DNA of 64,000 nt from Leucoraja ocellata. Its lineage: Eukaryota. The position numbers and the translations under genes are program-made. Shown in pieces: positions 53,501 to 64,000 of the stretch. The stretch covers positions 248,001 through 312,000 of the forward strand of contig JAWMAR010000201.1 in the NCBI GenBank assembly GCA_036785375.1, given 5' to 3'. The notes below the pieces were generated by a model. It did not search any database, had not been told where the DNA came from, and saw nothing but the letters and a program-made list of their open reading frames with translations. Every line of letters starts with the position of its first letter. Position 1 is the first letter of the stretch.

Positions 53501-56500
53501 ATTTATTTATTTTTTGTTTATTTTATTAGAAGTTAATACAGCACAAAACAGTACAGTGGAACCTAATTTTAGGTGCCAACTATCTAATACCGTAATCCAT
53601 TCTATGTACAACCTCTAGTTTTATGTTATGAGAAGGAAGTAAGCAAGACAAGAAAAAGAAAACAATAGAAAGAGGAAAAAGTGGAAAAATAGATGGTAGA
53701 GTAGAAAAACGTGAAGTGTGTATATAAAAAATAAAAAAGGAAGAGAGAAAGTGGAAAGTAGAAATAGAAGAGAAGGCCCCTTAAAAGAAAATTTTTCAAA
53801 TCTGTATTCGGAGATGTAGATCTATCCGCGTCATGAACTGAAATCAGCAATCTTTACGGTACCGCTGCATCACATGATTCCAAAAAGTCGATGAAAGGAG
53901 ACCAACTCCTTGAGAATTGGTCATATTTATCTATTAGTCGGAGTCTCATTTCTTCAAGGCGTGCTATGTCCATCATATTCCTAATCCACATTTTAACAGT
54001 TGGTGTGGTTGCATTTTTCCAAAATTTAAGTATCAATTTCTTTCAATATCTTCTCCTATTATTCCAAATATAATCCATTCCGTTTTGGGTTCTATTCTTG
54101 ACTTGAAAAGCTTTGTAAATATATCAAATATATCACTCCAAAATTTATTCAACTTTGTACATCCTACAAATGAATGTGTTATATTAGCGTTTTGAAACAA
54201 ACATTTATCGCATCTGGGAGAGACGTTTGGTTAAATTTATTCAACCTCGTTTTTGAATTATATAGTCTATGTAATAATTTGAATTGAATTAAATTATGTC
54301 TTGCGTTAATAGAATAGTTATGTGTATTCATCAAATACTTTTCCCATCTATCCTTCGAGATCTTTATCATTAGCTCATGTTCCCAATCTTCCCTTAATGC
54401 TTCTGTTGAGGGTGATTCTCTATTTAATATATTATTATAAAAGTATGATATTAATTTTTGTGAATCAGCCTTAATATTCATTGCTTCTTCTAAAGGATCT
54501 AAAAATATAGTTTGAAATCTATGTGTATATTTCTTCATAAAGTCACATACTTGTATATATTTAAAATATTGATTATCCTTCAATTTTAATTTTAATTTTA
54601 ATTGTTGAAATGATAACAGTTTGCCCACTTCATACATATCCCCTACTTTCCTAATTCCCAGTCTATCCCATTGTTGATATGTGTTGTCGATGAGAGAAGG
54701 TTTGAATGCGGGGTTGTTCAATAGTGGGGTTAGTACTGATAAATTATTTAATTTCAAGGAGACTTTTATTTGTTTCCAAATTCTTATTATATTGTGAATA
54801 ATTGGGTTCTTCTTATATATTATACTATTCAATTTTATCGGTGAGAGCAGGATCATTCCTATATTGTGCGGATAGCACTCCTCTTTCTCCATTCTTATCC
54901 ACTCCAACTGCTGAGTGGAACTATCCAGCCAGTACATTATGTTCTTAATATGCACTGCCCAGTAGTAATATATAAAGTTAGGTAATGATAAACCCCCAAC
55001 TTCTTTAGATTTGCACAAATGCTTTCGTTGAATTCTATGTGTTCTGTAGTCCCATATAAAATTAGTGATAGTGGAATCTAGTTTTTTGAAAAAATATTTT
55101 GGAATATATATTGGGATCGCTTGAAACAAATATATTAATTGTGGTAAGAAAGTCATTTTTATAGCGTTAATTCTACCTATCAATGAGAGCGGAAGCGTTT
55201 TCCAAAATTTAATCGTATCATTCAGTTTATTTAATAGTGGTATAAAATTGGCACTAAATAATGATTTGTGTCTTCTCGTAATTTGAATACCCAGATACTT
55301 GAATTTTTCTGTTGCAATTTTGAAGGGGAATTTTAGTAAGTGTCTCGAATCCTGTGGTTTTAAAGACATAATTTCGCTTTTATTCCAATTTATTCTATAT
55401 CCTGAAAAAGAGCCGAATTCCTCAATTAGTGTTAATAAGGTGGGTATACTCATTTGTGTATTAGTAATATATAAAAGGATATCATCAGCATATAATGAAA
55501 TTTTATTCTTTGAGTCCTTGCTGTTATATCCGTGAATATTCGGGTGATTTCTAATCCTTTCGGCCAGCGGTTCTATCATAAGGGCAAATAGCAATGGTGA
55601 TAAGGCACACCCTTGCCTATTACCCCTTGATAAATAAAATTTTGGAGATAGCGTATTGTTAGTTAATATTCTTGCCGTAGGTCTATCGTAAAGTAGTTTA
55701 ATCCATCTAATAAAATTCTCTCCCGTATTAAATTTTTGGAGTACCTTGTATAAATACTGCCATTCTACTTGATCAAATGCCTTCTCTGCATCCAACGTGA
55801 CAACTGAAATATCTTTATTGTCCTCATTATGAGAGTACATTATATTAAAAAGCCTTCTCAAATTATTAAATTATTGTCTTTTGGGTATAAATCCCGTTTG
55901 ATCCGTATTTATTAAATTGTTAATATAATTATTTAGCCTTCTAGCTAGAATCTTTGCTAAAATTTTCTGATCCGTATTTAGAAGTGAAATAGCTCTATAA
56001 GAACCCGGTTCATCTAAATCTTTATCTTTTTTTGGTATAAGCGTTATTGTTGCTTCTGCTAGGGTTTCTGGTAGTTTATTTTCAGTATAAGCCTGCATGT
56101 ATAAATTGAATAATCTTGGTACAATTGACTCCTGAAATCTTTTATAAAATTCATTACTAAAGCCGTCTGGTCCTGGGTCCCATTTTTCAGTGAGTTTATT
56201 ATTTGTTTTATTTCTTCACTAGTAATCCGTGCTCCTAATTGCTCTTGTTCTAAACTATCCAATTTTGGGAGCTTGCAATTATCTAAAAAATTTGTAATTT
56301 TACTTACATCTGTCTTTATTTTAGATGTATATAAATTATGATAAAATTGGGCAAACCTCTTATTAATATCCTTAGGCAATGTTAGAAACTCACCCTTGTC
56401 CGATTTAATTTTTGTAATAGATTTTTCCTTTTCTCGTTGCTTCAGTTGCCTCGCAAGTAGTTTATGTGGCTTATCCCCAAATTCGAAGTGTGCTTGTTTT

Positions 56501-58898
56501 GTAATTTGGAATAATCTTATTACTCTAGCCGATAGTATTCTATTGACTTTATATTTCAATAAAGTTATCTTATTATGTTTATTTATGGTTGGGTCAGTTG
56601 CATTGTCCAGTTCTAATAATTTTATTTTCTGTTCTATCCGCTGACGTTCACTTTTATTTTCCTTATTTTGAAAACTTTGGTAAGAGATTATGACACCGCG
56701 AATATATGCCTTGAAGGTTTCCCATAATAGCGGTGCAGAAATACCCGGTGTGTCATTTATTTCGAAAAAAAGTTTTGTTTGTTCTTTTATATACTCATAA
56801 CCCTGCGGGTTATTTAATATGTGTGCATTGAACCTCCAAAAAGGTTTTATACTCGGCATTCCCTCAATTTTAAGTATAAAAGTCAATGGTGAATGATCAG
56901 AAATAATACTATTATGATATGATGGTTTATTCGTATACGGGATCAATTTTGTGTCCAATAAGAAATAGTCAATTCGCGAATACCTTTTGTGAACTGATGA
57001 ATAAAATGAGTATTCCCTACCACTTGGATTTGCTATTCTCCAAACATCAGCTATGTTATTATTTTTTATATAAGTATTTAAAAATTCACAGGTCTTAGTT
57101 TTAACAAGACGCTTCCCTAGCTTTATTGATTTATCTAAGTATGAATCTATAACACAGTTGAAATCTCCCCCCTTTATTATATTTTGAAAATTATGCTCTG
57201 CGATTAAATCTATGATTTTCCTAAAAAATTGTGGGTTATCAAAATTAGGCGCGTAAATATTTATCATAGTTAATGGTGTATTATAAAATTCTCCAGTGAC
57301 TATAACATATCTTCCCTCTTTATCAGATATGGAATTCTTTAATTTAAAAGGTATGCCCTTCCGAATTATTATGGCTGTGCCTCTTGCTTTAGAGGTGAAT
57401 GAGGAGTAATAGGTTTGACCTATCCAATTTGCCCTTAATCTGATCTGAGTTTGTTGTTTCAAATGTGTCTCTTGTAGGAAAGCAATATCCATATTTAATG
57501 ATTTTAATTGTGCCAGAATTGTACCTCTTTTAATTGGCTCATTCGCACCTCTGGTTTTCCAACTACAGAAGGTGAGACCTACGATATTTATTCGACTATT
57601 ATCTTGCATTGGCTATTATTACCAGACTGTATGATTCATGTGATGCAGCCAAGTACCTCAGAATCCCGAATCCAGAGTTGTCCTTCATAATTTCTACAGC
57701 AGTTCTACATCTCCTGACACTATTAAACATAATTAAGGGAAAGAGAAAAACATAAAATAAAGTGTACATAAAAATGATTGAGTCATACAACACATAATTG
57801 TGAATAAACAAAAAAAGTGAATGTAATTTATCAAAAAAGCGATAAATTACAAAAAAGCTAAGGTAGCTAGATTTGTTTTTAAATTGACCTCCGTCGATGA
57901 GATTATGCACTGGGCCTTATCCCCCTATTAGAATTTGACCCAACGTTAGTCGGTTCCCTCTAATTGTTACCAAAATTATCATATCAGGTCATCGCTGAAC
58001 AGTTTAAAATAGAATAAAATAAAAGGGAAGGTAGAAGATTTGGATTAAAATAAAAGTGATTATGGGTTAAAATACCTCGTCAAAAATTACACTTTTCATT
58101 TACCTGTATGTTAGTTAATTCATTATTAGTATTTAGTAATTAAAATATATGTCTAACCTCCCCCACCCTTCCTGCTATATAGTTAATCGTGTTAGTATAG
58201 GACATTACGCCTTTAACATTGGTTGAGTTTATTGCGCGTAATTGGATAATATGATAATAGGTCATATAGTGTGGAACAGATGCCTCATATCATGGCCATT
58301 TCAAAAGGAGACGGTCTCATAGTTCTCCGTGCTGAAGGGTTTGGTGACGTGCTTGCAACCTTGAGCTTTTATATGTGCTTTCAGTTCAGAAGATTAGTTC
58401 GGCCTGTGTTATTAACAGCACATTCTTGCCAGATAAGACTGTCTGGTAACTGTCTGAAGCGTTCTAGTGTTTTAATTTGAACAGAAAAAACAGTTTCACA
58501 GATAAAATGGCAATTAATCTGTTCCTCCTTGAATTTTGTTTAAAATCTCTATATTATTTTATATAATATAATAATACTTAATTATCAATGATTACATTCA
58601 TATTTACGTTACATATATATATATATTGGTATAATAATATATAGTTTAAATGGACTGCAACACAGAAATAGGCTGCCCATGGTGTAATACGGGCATTAGC
58701 CACTAGACGGCGCTTATTTTTCCGATCTCATTTTCTAATTAGTTTAATTAATTAATGTGCAACTTTCGGCAATTACGAGTTATGACTTTCTTCTCAATTA
58801 TATTTCATTCAAATCTGTGGAAATTTTCATGTAGTTTGGTGACTTGGGTCACAAAATCCTATTTCTAGACACATCTTTGATGCTCGGCCCACAGCCTA
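50536..58898 (+). mobile_element. Academ-like DNA transposon derivative with nested L1
   Basis: TIR TAGGCTGTGGGCCGAG / CTCGGCCCACAGCCTA, subterminal inverted repeat (CCAAGTCACCAAACTACATGAAA), 3-bp TSD ACT; internal coding remnant EPAPKRLLRS...HVLPAHCIICKC at ~52440-52560. The superfamily call is inferred from TAG..CTA ends and TSD length. Confidence 0.6.
53490..57610 (-). mobile_element. L1-clade LINE, near-complete ORF2 (APE endonuclease + RT) broken by frameshifts
   Basis: DIAFLQETHL and ISDHSP (EN, 56059-57609); LDAEKAFD, RQGCALSPLLF, LYADDILLY (RT, 54179-55861); ILKFWK C-terminus; A-rich 3' tail at ~53490-53527. Confidence 0.92.
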
Positions 58899-59823
58899 AC
58901 TGTTCCAAGCTCTAACACAGGCTTGGATTACAAGGTGGACAGATGGATGTGCTCAACATTTCCTTGAAGAAATACAGCTTCACACTGACTTCAGGGGATC
59001 CTTGGCCCATGACCGTTCAAAATTCAGGATGGCATTGAGAACTTCCAACTCGAGCATTGGAAACATGCTTGGAGTCTTTTATTTTGTCTTTCTCATCAGT
59101 TGAATTCTATAAAGCTCCCAATCCACAGGCCTATGGCTATTTCTGCAACTTTATAAGCTTCTACACTTTACCAACACATACCTGTACCACCCATTAAAGC
59201 TTTGAGTCATCTGCAAAGTTGGAGATATCACATTTGGTTCTTTCACCTAAATCATTGATCCATGTTGTGATGGTTCAGTTCCCAGCACTGATCATTCCCC
59301 TACCCCATTGGTCACTGTCTCTCACCTGGTCCAAAATCTGTTCATTCCAACAGTTTTTTCTTTCCTGCACTTCTCAACCCATCCAAACCACCTGCTTTAA
59401 TTTTGCTCACTTACAATTTTTCCGGGTCTTCATTAAAAGCTTTTGCACAATTCAATACACCTATCCACTGGTCACCCCTGATCTTTTCTACCAGTTGTCT
59501 CCTGTAAAAACTCCAGTTGATTTGTTAAGCATGATTTCTCCTTTTTAAACACAGGATGACTGTCTAACCCTGTTAGTTTCCAGCATTTTCTTCTTTACTG
59601 ATGGTAGACTCACTAATATGATTCCTTGTTAATTTTCTCTGCTCTTTACTCATACTGATTTTTGTCAGATACTTGGTTCCATGGAAGATTATTTGTGCCT
59701 ACATTTATGAAGATAAAATTGAAAGCTACATATAATTGTTCTGTCATTGCATTGTTCCCATTTAGAATTATCCTGGATTCCAGTCATGGGGAATAAGGAT
59801 CTGTTTTCACAATTCTTTAACAG

Positions 59824-62185
59824 CAGGGTTCAAAATTAACGGTTGCCCGGGTGCCATTGACCACTCAAAGCACCGCCGGGCAACTAAACACCGAGTCATT
59901 TTGCATCGGCGTGCGGGAGGGTTTGTATTGAACATGCTGTTAGCGGGTTTGCAGGCAGCGGCCGCTATCAGGGAGGAGGAGGAGATGATGGAGCCGCTGC
60001 TGCTGCTGTGCGGGGCCCGTCATTCGCTCCAACACTTCTGAAGCAGCTGCATTAAAGATACTATAGCTATAGGACTTTGAGCTGCACGCTCGGCCCCGTT
60101 GCCTGGCGGTGACGAGGAGTTCCCAACGGCCAAGGCAGTCCGAGGAGCGCTGACCTTCCTCCTGCCCACCTCGCCCCCCTTCTCTCTCTCTCTCTCGTAC
60201 GCCCCCTCCACCCCCCCCCCCCCCCCCTTATCCTGGGACCCCTCCTCTACATCCCGCACTGATTCCCATTCCCGCCTCTATTCAGTCCTCACTGACATCC
60301 CCTGTGCTCATCTCCCCCCCAATCTATTCATCCTGCGCTGATCACCCTATCCACCTCGCATTAATTCTGCTGCCGCCATACACCCCCCCCCCCATCCATC
60401 CTACACTTGTACCCCAATTCACCCTGCATTTACCCCTTTCCCATCCATCCTGTAACTCCACCTGTACTGATTCCCCCATCCATCCTGTACTAATCCACGC
60501 ATTCATCCCTTACTGACCCACCCTCCATTTACCCTGCACCTTCCCCCATTCATCATGTAGCGATTCCCCATTCATCCTGCACAGACCCTCAGATCCACAC
60601 TGTACTGACCCCCCCCCCCCATTCATCCTGCGCTGATCTCCCCCCCCCCATCCATCCTGTACTGATCCTCCCATTCAAGAAGAATGGGGGGAATAGTCTG
60701 AAGAAGGGTCTCGACCCGAAACGTTGCCGATTTCCTTCGCTCTTTAGATGCTGCCTCACCCGCTGAGTTTCTCCAGCACTTTTGTCTACCCCCATCCATC
60801 CTGTAGTGACCCCCCCCCATTCAACACCACTGACATCCCCCATGCTCTCCCCTCACAATTTTACCTACTCCAACCAAGACGTACTAATTCACCTGCCTCA
60901 ATCCATCCATTCTGCACCGACTGCCTTCTAACACCCCCCCCCCCCCACCCCCAATTTATCCACCCCGCACTGATTCACACACATACCCTTCCCTGACCCT
61001 ATTGTCCTGGAAATGTCTGCCGAGCGCATATTGACTATGTTTGATAACGGAATGCAATCAAATGTGTTTTAATTCCCAATGTTATTATTTGTTTTAATCT
61101 ATAAAGATGGATTAATTAAATTGTGAACACGTGAAACATTAAAACCGCAGTGTTCGATTGACACTGCTACTGTTAACACGTTATTACAGAATTCATTTTA
61201 ACGGCAAATCAATGCTCTTAATATGGAGTATCAGTACTGTAGTTATTTAATGAGCAACATTCACAACTATACGTACGCATATATGTTACCATGGTCCAGG
61301 ATTTATTGACACAGGTTGATCATACGCTGAATAATCCAACCACATTTTTGTTTGGAAGTGGAAAGAACTAATAGAAATTGCATTAATTGCAATGTGTAAA
61401 AAGAGTTGAGGAAGGATGTCAACAAAATAGAGGGAGTACAGAGGGGATTTACTAGAATGTTGCCTGGGTTTCAGCAACTAAGTTACAGAGAAAGGTTGAA
61501 CAAGTTAGGGCTTTATTCTTTGGAGCGGCGAAGGTTAAGGGGGGACTTGATAGAGGTCTTTAAAATGATGAGAGGGATAGACAGAGTTGACGTGGATAAG
61601 CTTTTCCCACTGAGAGTAGGGAAGATTCAAACAAGGGGACATGACTTGAGAATTAAGGGACAGAAGTTTAGGGGTAACATGAGGGGGAACTTCTCAGAGA
61701 GTGGTGGCTGTGTGGAATGAGCTTCCAGTGAAGGTGGTGGAGGCAGGTTCGTTTTTATCATTTAAAAATAAATTGGATAGTTATATGGACGGGAAAGGTA
61801 TGGAGGGTTATGGTCTGAACGCAGGTGTATGGGACTAGGGGAGAATACGTGTTCGGCACGGACTAGAAGGGTCAAGATGGCCTGTTTCCGTGCTGTAATT
61901 GTTATATGGTTATATGGTCTTATAATTTAGCTGCATGTCATTGTGGGATATATCATGTCTTGATTGGTGAATGTTTAGTTTGTGACTTTATTTGAAGCAG
62001 AAATAATATGGGAATGCTTCATTGAATATAATTCCGACTGGTAACTACGCGCTTCGTCCGAGCATTTTATCGCATGCGTCATGCAAGCCATCTTAAATGA
62101 CCACCTAAACTGTCATTTGGTAACCTAAAAAGCTGCCAAGGTTGCCCGGCTGGCAACAGAGAAAAAAGGTTAAGCGAGAGCCCTG
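59824..62185 (+). mobile_element. Non-autonomous hAT-like DNA transposon with 5-bp TSD, containing a nested CR1 fragment
   Basis: Ends CAGGGTTCAAAATTAAC / GTTAAGCGAGAGCCCTG, flanked by AACAG on both sides; a reverse-complement fragment of its 5' end is at ~23595-23687. Confidence 0.7.
61405..61920 (+). mobile_element. CR1 LINE 3' fragment
   Basis: RGFTRMLPG...LYSLERRRLRGDLIEVFK. Confidence 0.9.
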
Positions 62186-62476
62186 AACAGTTCAGCCTGG
62201 TCCAGTCCCACAGTTGCGCACACTCACTAACCACAGATGATCACTTTTCCCAACTGTGTCATGGAACCCCAAGATCCCATCCTTACACTCCCCACCCATC
62301 CTTTCCAACCCATCCCACCTCCACACATATTACTGTAGCTCTCCCACCTATCCACACCCACTGCTGCCGATGAGCTGAGATTAGTGGGATCCTCTCCATC
62401 CCAACACCACGGGAACATCTGTCCAGAGATAAGTACATGCCCTTGGATCCAGGGTGGAGTATGGTCAACACCTGAC

Positions 62477-62695
62477 CTATAAAGGGTGGGATTTTCCATG
62501 GGCTCGTCCTCTACCCTTGATTGAGGCAAAGTGTGGGATCCCAGAATAATTCACTGTTTCATACTCTTGGATCATGCTCTCCCTGGGGTTTCTGTGCCCT
62601 CCTCGTCTGGCTGGTCCAGGAACTGGCATCACAGGAGATTTCACTGTGTCATATATGGTGGCAGGAATCTCCAGCCTCTCCTTGTTCTGAGCCTG
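62477..62695 (-). CDS. Gene A terminal cytoplasmic exon with ITSM TIYDTV and a QEYETV motif
   Basis: Acceptor ctctctctgctttctcag; phase 0, in frame with 63617; encodes QAQNKERLEIPATIYDTVKSP...MIQEYETVNYSG...HPL*; TAG at 62479-62477. Confidence 0.75.
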   Translation of the reverse strand, partial: QAQNKERLEIPATIYDTVKSPVMPVPGPARRGGHRNPRESMIQEYETVNYSGIPHFASIKGRGRAHGKSHPL

Positions 62696-63616
62696 CTGAG
62701 AAAGCAGAGAGAGTTCAGAGGATTAGAGTTTATAAATTATGAGAGCGTTAGATAAGACAGGCCGTCAGAACCTTTCTCCCAGGGTGGAAATGTCAAAGAT
62801 TAGAGGGCATAACTTTAAGGTGAGCCGAGACTCAAAAGTGTTTAATTGTCATATGTATTGAAAACAGAAGAATTACATTCTTATTTGGAAGGGCAAATTT
62901 TAAAAGAAATGTGCGGGACAATTATTTTACTCAGAGATGCTGGGTGCCAGTAATGCCCCACTTAAGAGGCTTTTTAACAGGCACAATTATGGATGGATGT
63001 GGATCACATACAAACAGAGATTAGTTTAACGTGGCTTCTTGTTCAGTGTTGATATTATGGGCTGCAGGGAGCTTGTTTCTATATGTACTGTTCTATATTG
63101 TCCTTAGTCACCCATTGCATGGGCAAATTCATGAAGGCGTAAACACTAACTAGGTGTGTGGGGGTACACAGTGTACCCCAGTAACTGGGTGTGTGAGGTC
63201 AATGTACCCCAGTAACTGTGTGTTGGGACAGTGTACCCCAGTGACTGGGTGTGGAGTCAGTCTACCCCAATCACTGGGGATTTGAGGGGGGGGGGGGACA
63301 GTGTATTACCAGTGAGAGTGGAGATGGATGAAGCAGCATCTCCTGTCCAACCTGAAGTGGATGTTGCTGAGATAAGTTTCAGTCTGATCTGAATTTTTTT
63401 CATTGAGTGCTTGGGATATTTCTGTGCCTTGTTATTGCTTTGAACTGTGGCAGAGTTCGGTGAGAGCTTACTCAACTATGATTTCTAATTCAGTGTGAGG
63501 TTGTGTTGTGCCTATATGGGATTCTGTGTCCTGCCTGCTGCAGAGATAGTAAGGATGGCCCCAGAGAACTGAGGGGTTCAGATCGCCCATCCCTGAGGCA
63601 ATATGTGTCCCTTTAC

Positions 63617-63705
63617 CATCTCGTTCTCCTCCCGAGGCTGTCTGTTGGCTGGATGTCTCTGTGATGGCTGGGGTTGTGCATAGATAGTCTCCATGTTTGA
63701 TGGGC
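63617..63705 (-). CDS. Gene A cytoplasmic exon with ITSM-like TIYAQP
   Basis: Acceptor cttcttactctcccccacag, donor ATG|GTAAAG; phase 1-0; encodes PSNMETIYAQPQPSQRHPANRQPREENEM. Confidence 0.7.
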
Positions 63706-64000
63706 CTGTGGGGGAGAGTAAGAAGGATTAGTACCTGCCCTCACCACGCATCATCTCCTTTCCATCCCAGTCACTTTAACCCTCATCCCTGTCAACCATT
63801 CTATCCCTCCCCTCCTCACCCTTAGCCCTTCCCGATCTACCTCCTGATCATCCCAGTCCCTCCCACCTTTGTACTTCCTTCCCTCCCGATACTGCCCCCT
63901 TCCCCTACCTGCAATCAACCCTCGTGCTGTGACTCATTTCCCTTTCCAACCTTCATATTTCTCTGTTCTCAAATCTCTACCCCTTTTACCCACTATTCCC

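Noticed and set aside
54179-57609. Longest ORFs (560 and 516 aa) as host genes
   Set aside because: Frameshifted L1 ORF2.

Overview
Repeat-rich vertebrate genomic DNA, most likely a cartilaginous fish (skate/ray), inferred from HE1-type SINEs, HER1/CR1 LINEs and Penelope-type repeats. It has two assembly gaps (21823-21955, 25581-25780). The genic content I can support is a minus-strand cluster of CD2/SLAM-family-like immunoglobulin-superfamily receptor genes, reconstructed by hand from splice sites. Gene A: 3' cytoplasmic exons at 62.5-63.7 kb carrying an ITSM (TIYDTV) and related Tyr motifs. Gene B: an apparently complete 5-exon model (leader 38925-38985, Cys-less IgV 30706-31023, SLAM-type IgC2 24498-24773, TM 16174-16272, short tail 14107-14153; 266 aa) with an Arg at the TM start and a Tyr-free tail, i.e. 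adaptor-coupled activating-type architecture; it also contains two dead IgC2 exons. Gene C: a leader plus a decayed V exon at 0.5-0.9 kb. Together this looks like a paired (ITSM vs activating) SLAM-like receptor locus undergoing birth-and-death. Other highlights: a hAT-derived element carrying a FAM110C-like coding fragment and a ~700-bp fold-back; an Academ-like element containing an L1 and copies of the receptor intron; tandem Helitron ends; a solo LTR upstream of gene B; and Penelope hammerhead-ribozyme motifs. Most ORFs in the supplied track are spurious (repeats or low complexity).
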